Part shown: positions 62,883 through 64,000 of the stretch, piece by piece
Layout of the letters: the number at the start of each line of letters is the position of its first letter
How positions within the stretch are numbered: the stretch's first letter is position 1
Assembly: GCA_030390025.1 (NCBI GenBank)
Contig: CM059429.1
Coordinates: forward strand, 123,070,001 to 123,134,000
Direction: 5' to 3'
From: Squalus acanthias
Taxonomy: Eukaryota
Length of the DNA stretch: 64,000 bases
Translations under genes and position numbers: made by a program
Notes under the pieces: model-generated
Databases searched by the model: none
Told to the model about the DNA's origin: nothing
Seen by the model: the letters and a program-made list of their open reading frames with translations, nothing else

Positions 62883-64000
62883 ATGGAAGGTCATGTAGAG
62901 AGAAAGAATCTTAGCTCTGAAAATCAAGAAGTAGAACCAGTTTGGGTGGAGCTAAGAAACAGCAAGTTGCAGAAAACATTGGTGGGAGTTGTTTATAGGC
63001 CCCCAAACAGTAGTTGTAATGGAGGGCAGAGTATAAATCAGGAAATTAGAGGCGCATATAACAGGGGTAATACAGTGATCATGGGGGACTTTAATTTACA
63101 TATAGACTGGACAAATCAAATTTGCAGGAATACTGTGGAGGACAAATTCATGAAATGTATGCAAGCTAGTTTTCTAGATCAGCATGTTGAGGAACCAACT
63201 AGGGAACAGGTTATTTTAGATCTAGTATTGTGCAATGAGAAATGGTTAATTAATAACCTTGTAGTAAAGGGGCCTTTAAGGAAGAGTGACCATAATATGA
63301 CAGAATTTTATATTGAGTTTGAAAGTGATTTAGTTAAATCCGAAACTAGGGTCTTAAATCTAAACAAAGCAAACTACATAGGTATGAGGGGCGAGTTGGC
63401 TACGGTAGATTGGGAAACTACATTAAAAGGTATGATGGTAGACAAGCAATGGCTAGCATTTAAAGAATTAATACATAATTTACAACAAATATACATTCAT
63501 TTAAGGCACAAAAACCCCACAGGAAAAGTGGTCCAACCGTGGCTAACAAGAGAAGTTAAAGATCAAAAGAAGAGGCTTATAATGTTGCCAAAAGGAGTAG
63601 TAAGCCTGAGGATTGGGAGGATATTAGAATTCAGCAAAGGAGGACCAAGAAATTGATAAAGAATGGGAAAATAGAATAAGAGTAAACAAGCAAGAGACAT
63701 AAAACAGACTGCAAAAGCTTCTATAGGTATGTAAAAAGGAAAAGATTAGCGAAAGTAAATGTGGGTCCCTTACAGGCTGAGACAGAAGAAATTATAATGG
63801 GGAACAAGGAAATGGCAGAGAAATTAAACAAATACTTTGTGTCTGTCTTCACGGAAGACGCAAAAAAACTTCCCGGAAATAGTGGAGAACCAAGGCTCTA
63901 GCGAGAATGAGGAACTGAAAGAAATTAGTATTAGTAAAAAAAAAAAATAGGACTGGGACTGAAAGCCAATAGATCCCCAGAACCTGATGGCTGACATCCT
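62883..64000 (+). mobile_element. CR1 LINE ORF2 endonuclease region (frameshifted, runs off window)
   Basis: VWVEL..LVGVVYRPP..VIMGDFNLHIDW..FLDQHVEEPTRE..LDLVLCN..SDHNM are APE motifs of CR1 ORF2. Confidence 0.92.

Larger units (their letters stand above)
26931..64000 (-). other. POLA1: last intron of POLA1 (extends beyond the window)
   Basis: no upstream POLA1 exon (YSDKxLYTQLCFY-like) was spotted; this intron is very large in other vertebrates. Confidence 0.65.

Noticed and set aside
1-64000. CRISPR arrays, operons or prokaryotic defence systems
   Set aside because: The sequence is spliceosomal-intron vertebrate DNA and I saw no regularly spaced direct repeats.

Overview
Vertebrate genomic DNA; the repeat content (Deu-domain tRNA SINEs, L2/CR1 LINEs, Penelope-like tails) points to a cartilaginous fish such as a shark. 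The + strand carries exons 2-5 of ARX (aristaless-related homeobox; exon 1 lies upstream of the window). Facing it tail-to-tail on the - strand is the last coding exon of POLA1 (26776-26930, missed by the ORF track). Everything from about 26.9 kb to the end is POLA1's very large last intron. This is the conserved ARX-POLA1 genomic regulatory block: a CpG-rich, nearly transposon-free ARX domain (to about 14 kb), several candidate conserved enhancers, and a transposon-rich remainder. That remainder holds a decayed DIRS tyrosine-recombinase retrotransposon with a 160-bp inverted repeat, Harbinger-like MITEs, a hAT element with an 8-bp TSD, LF-SINE-like and Deu SINEs, and Penelope-like elements bearing minimal hammerhead ribozymes. 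The most unusual structure is a roughly 480-bp near-perfect hairpin at 62.1-62.6 kb that has a hammerhead ribozyme on each strand. I could not demonstrate a wholly new system. Repeat boundaries and family names come from recognition by eye, and enhancer calls are inference that needs alignment.
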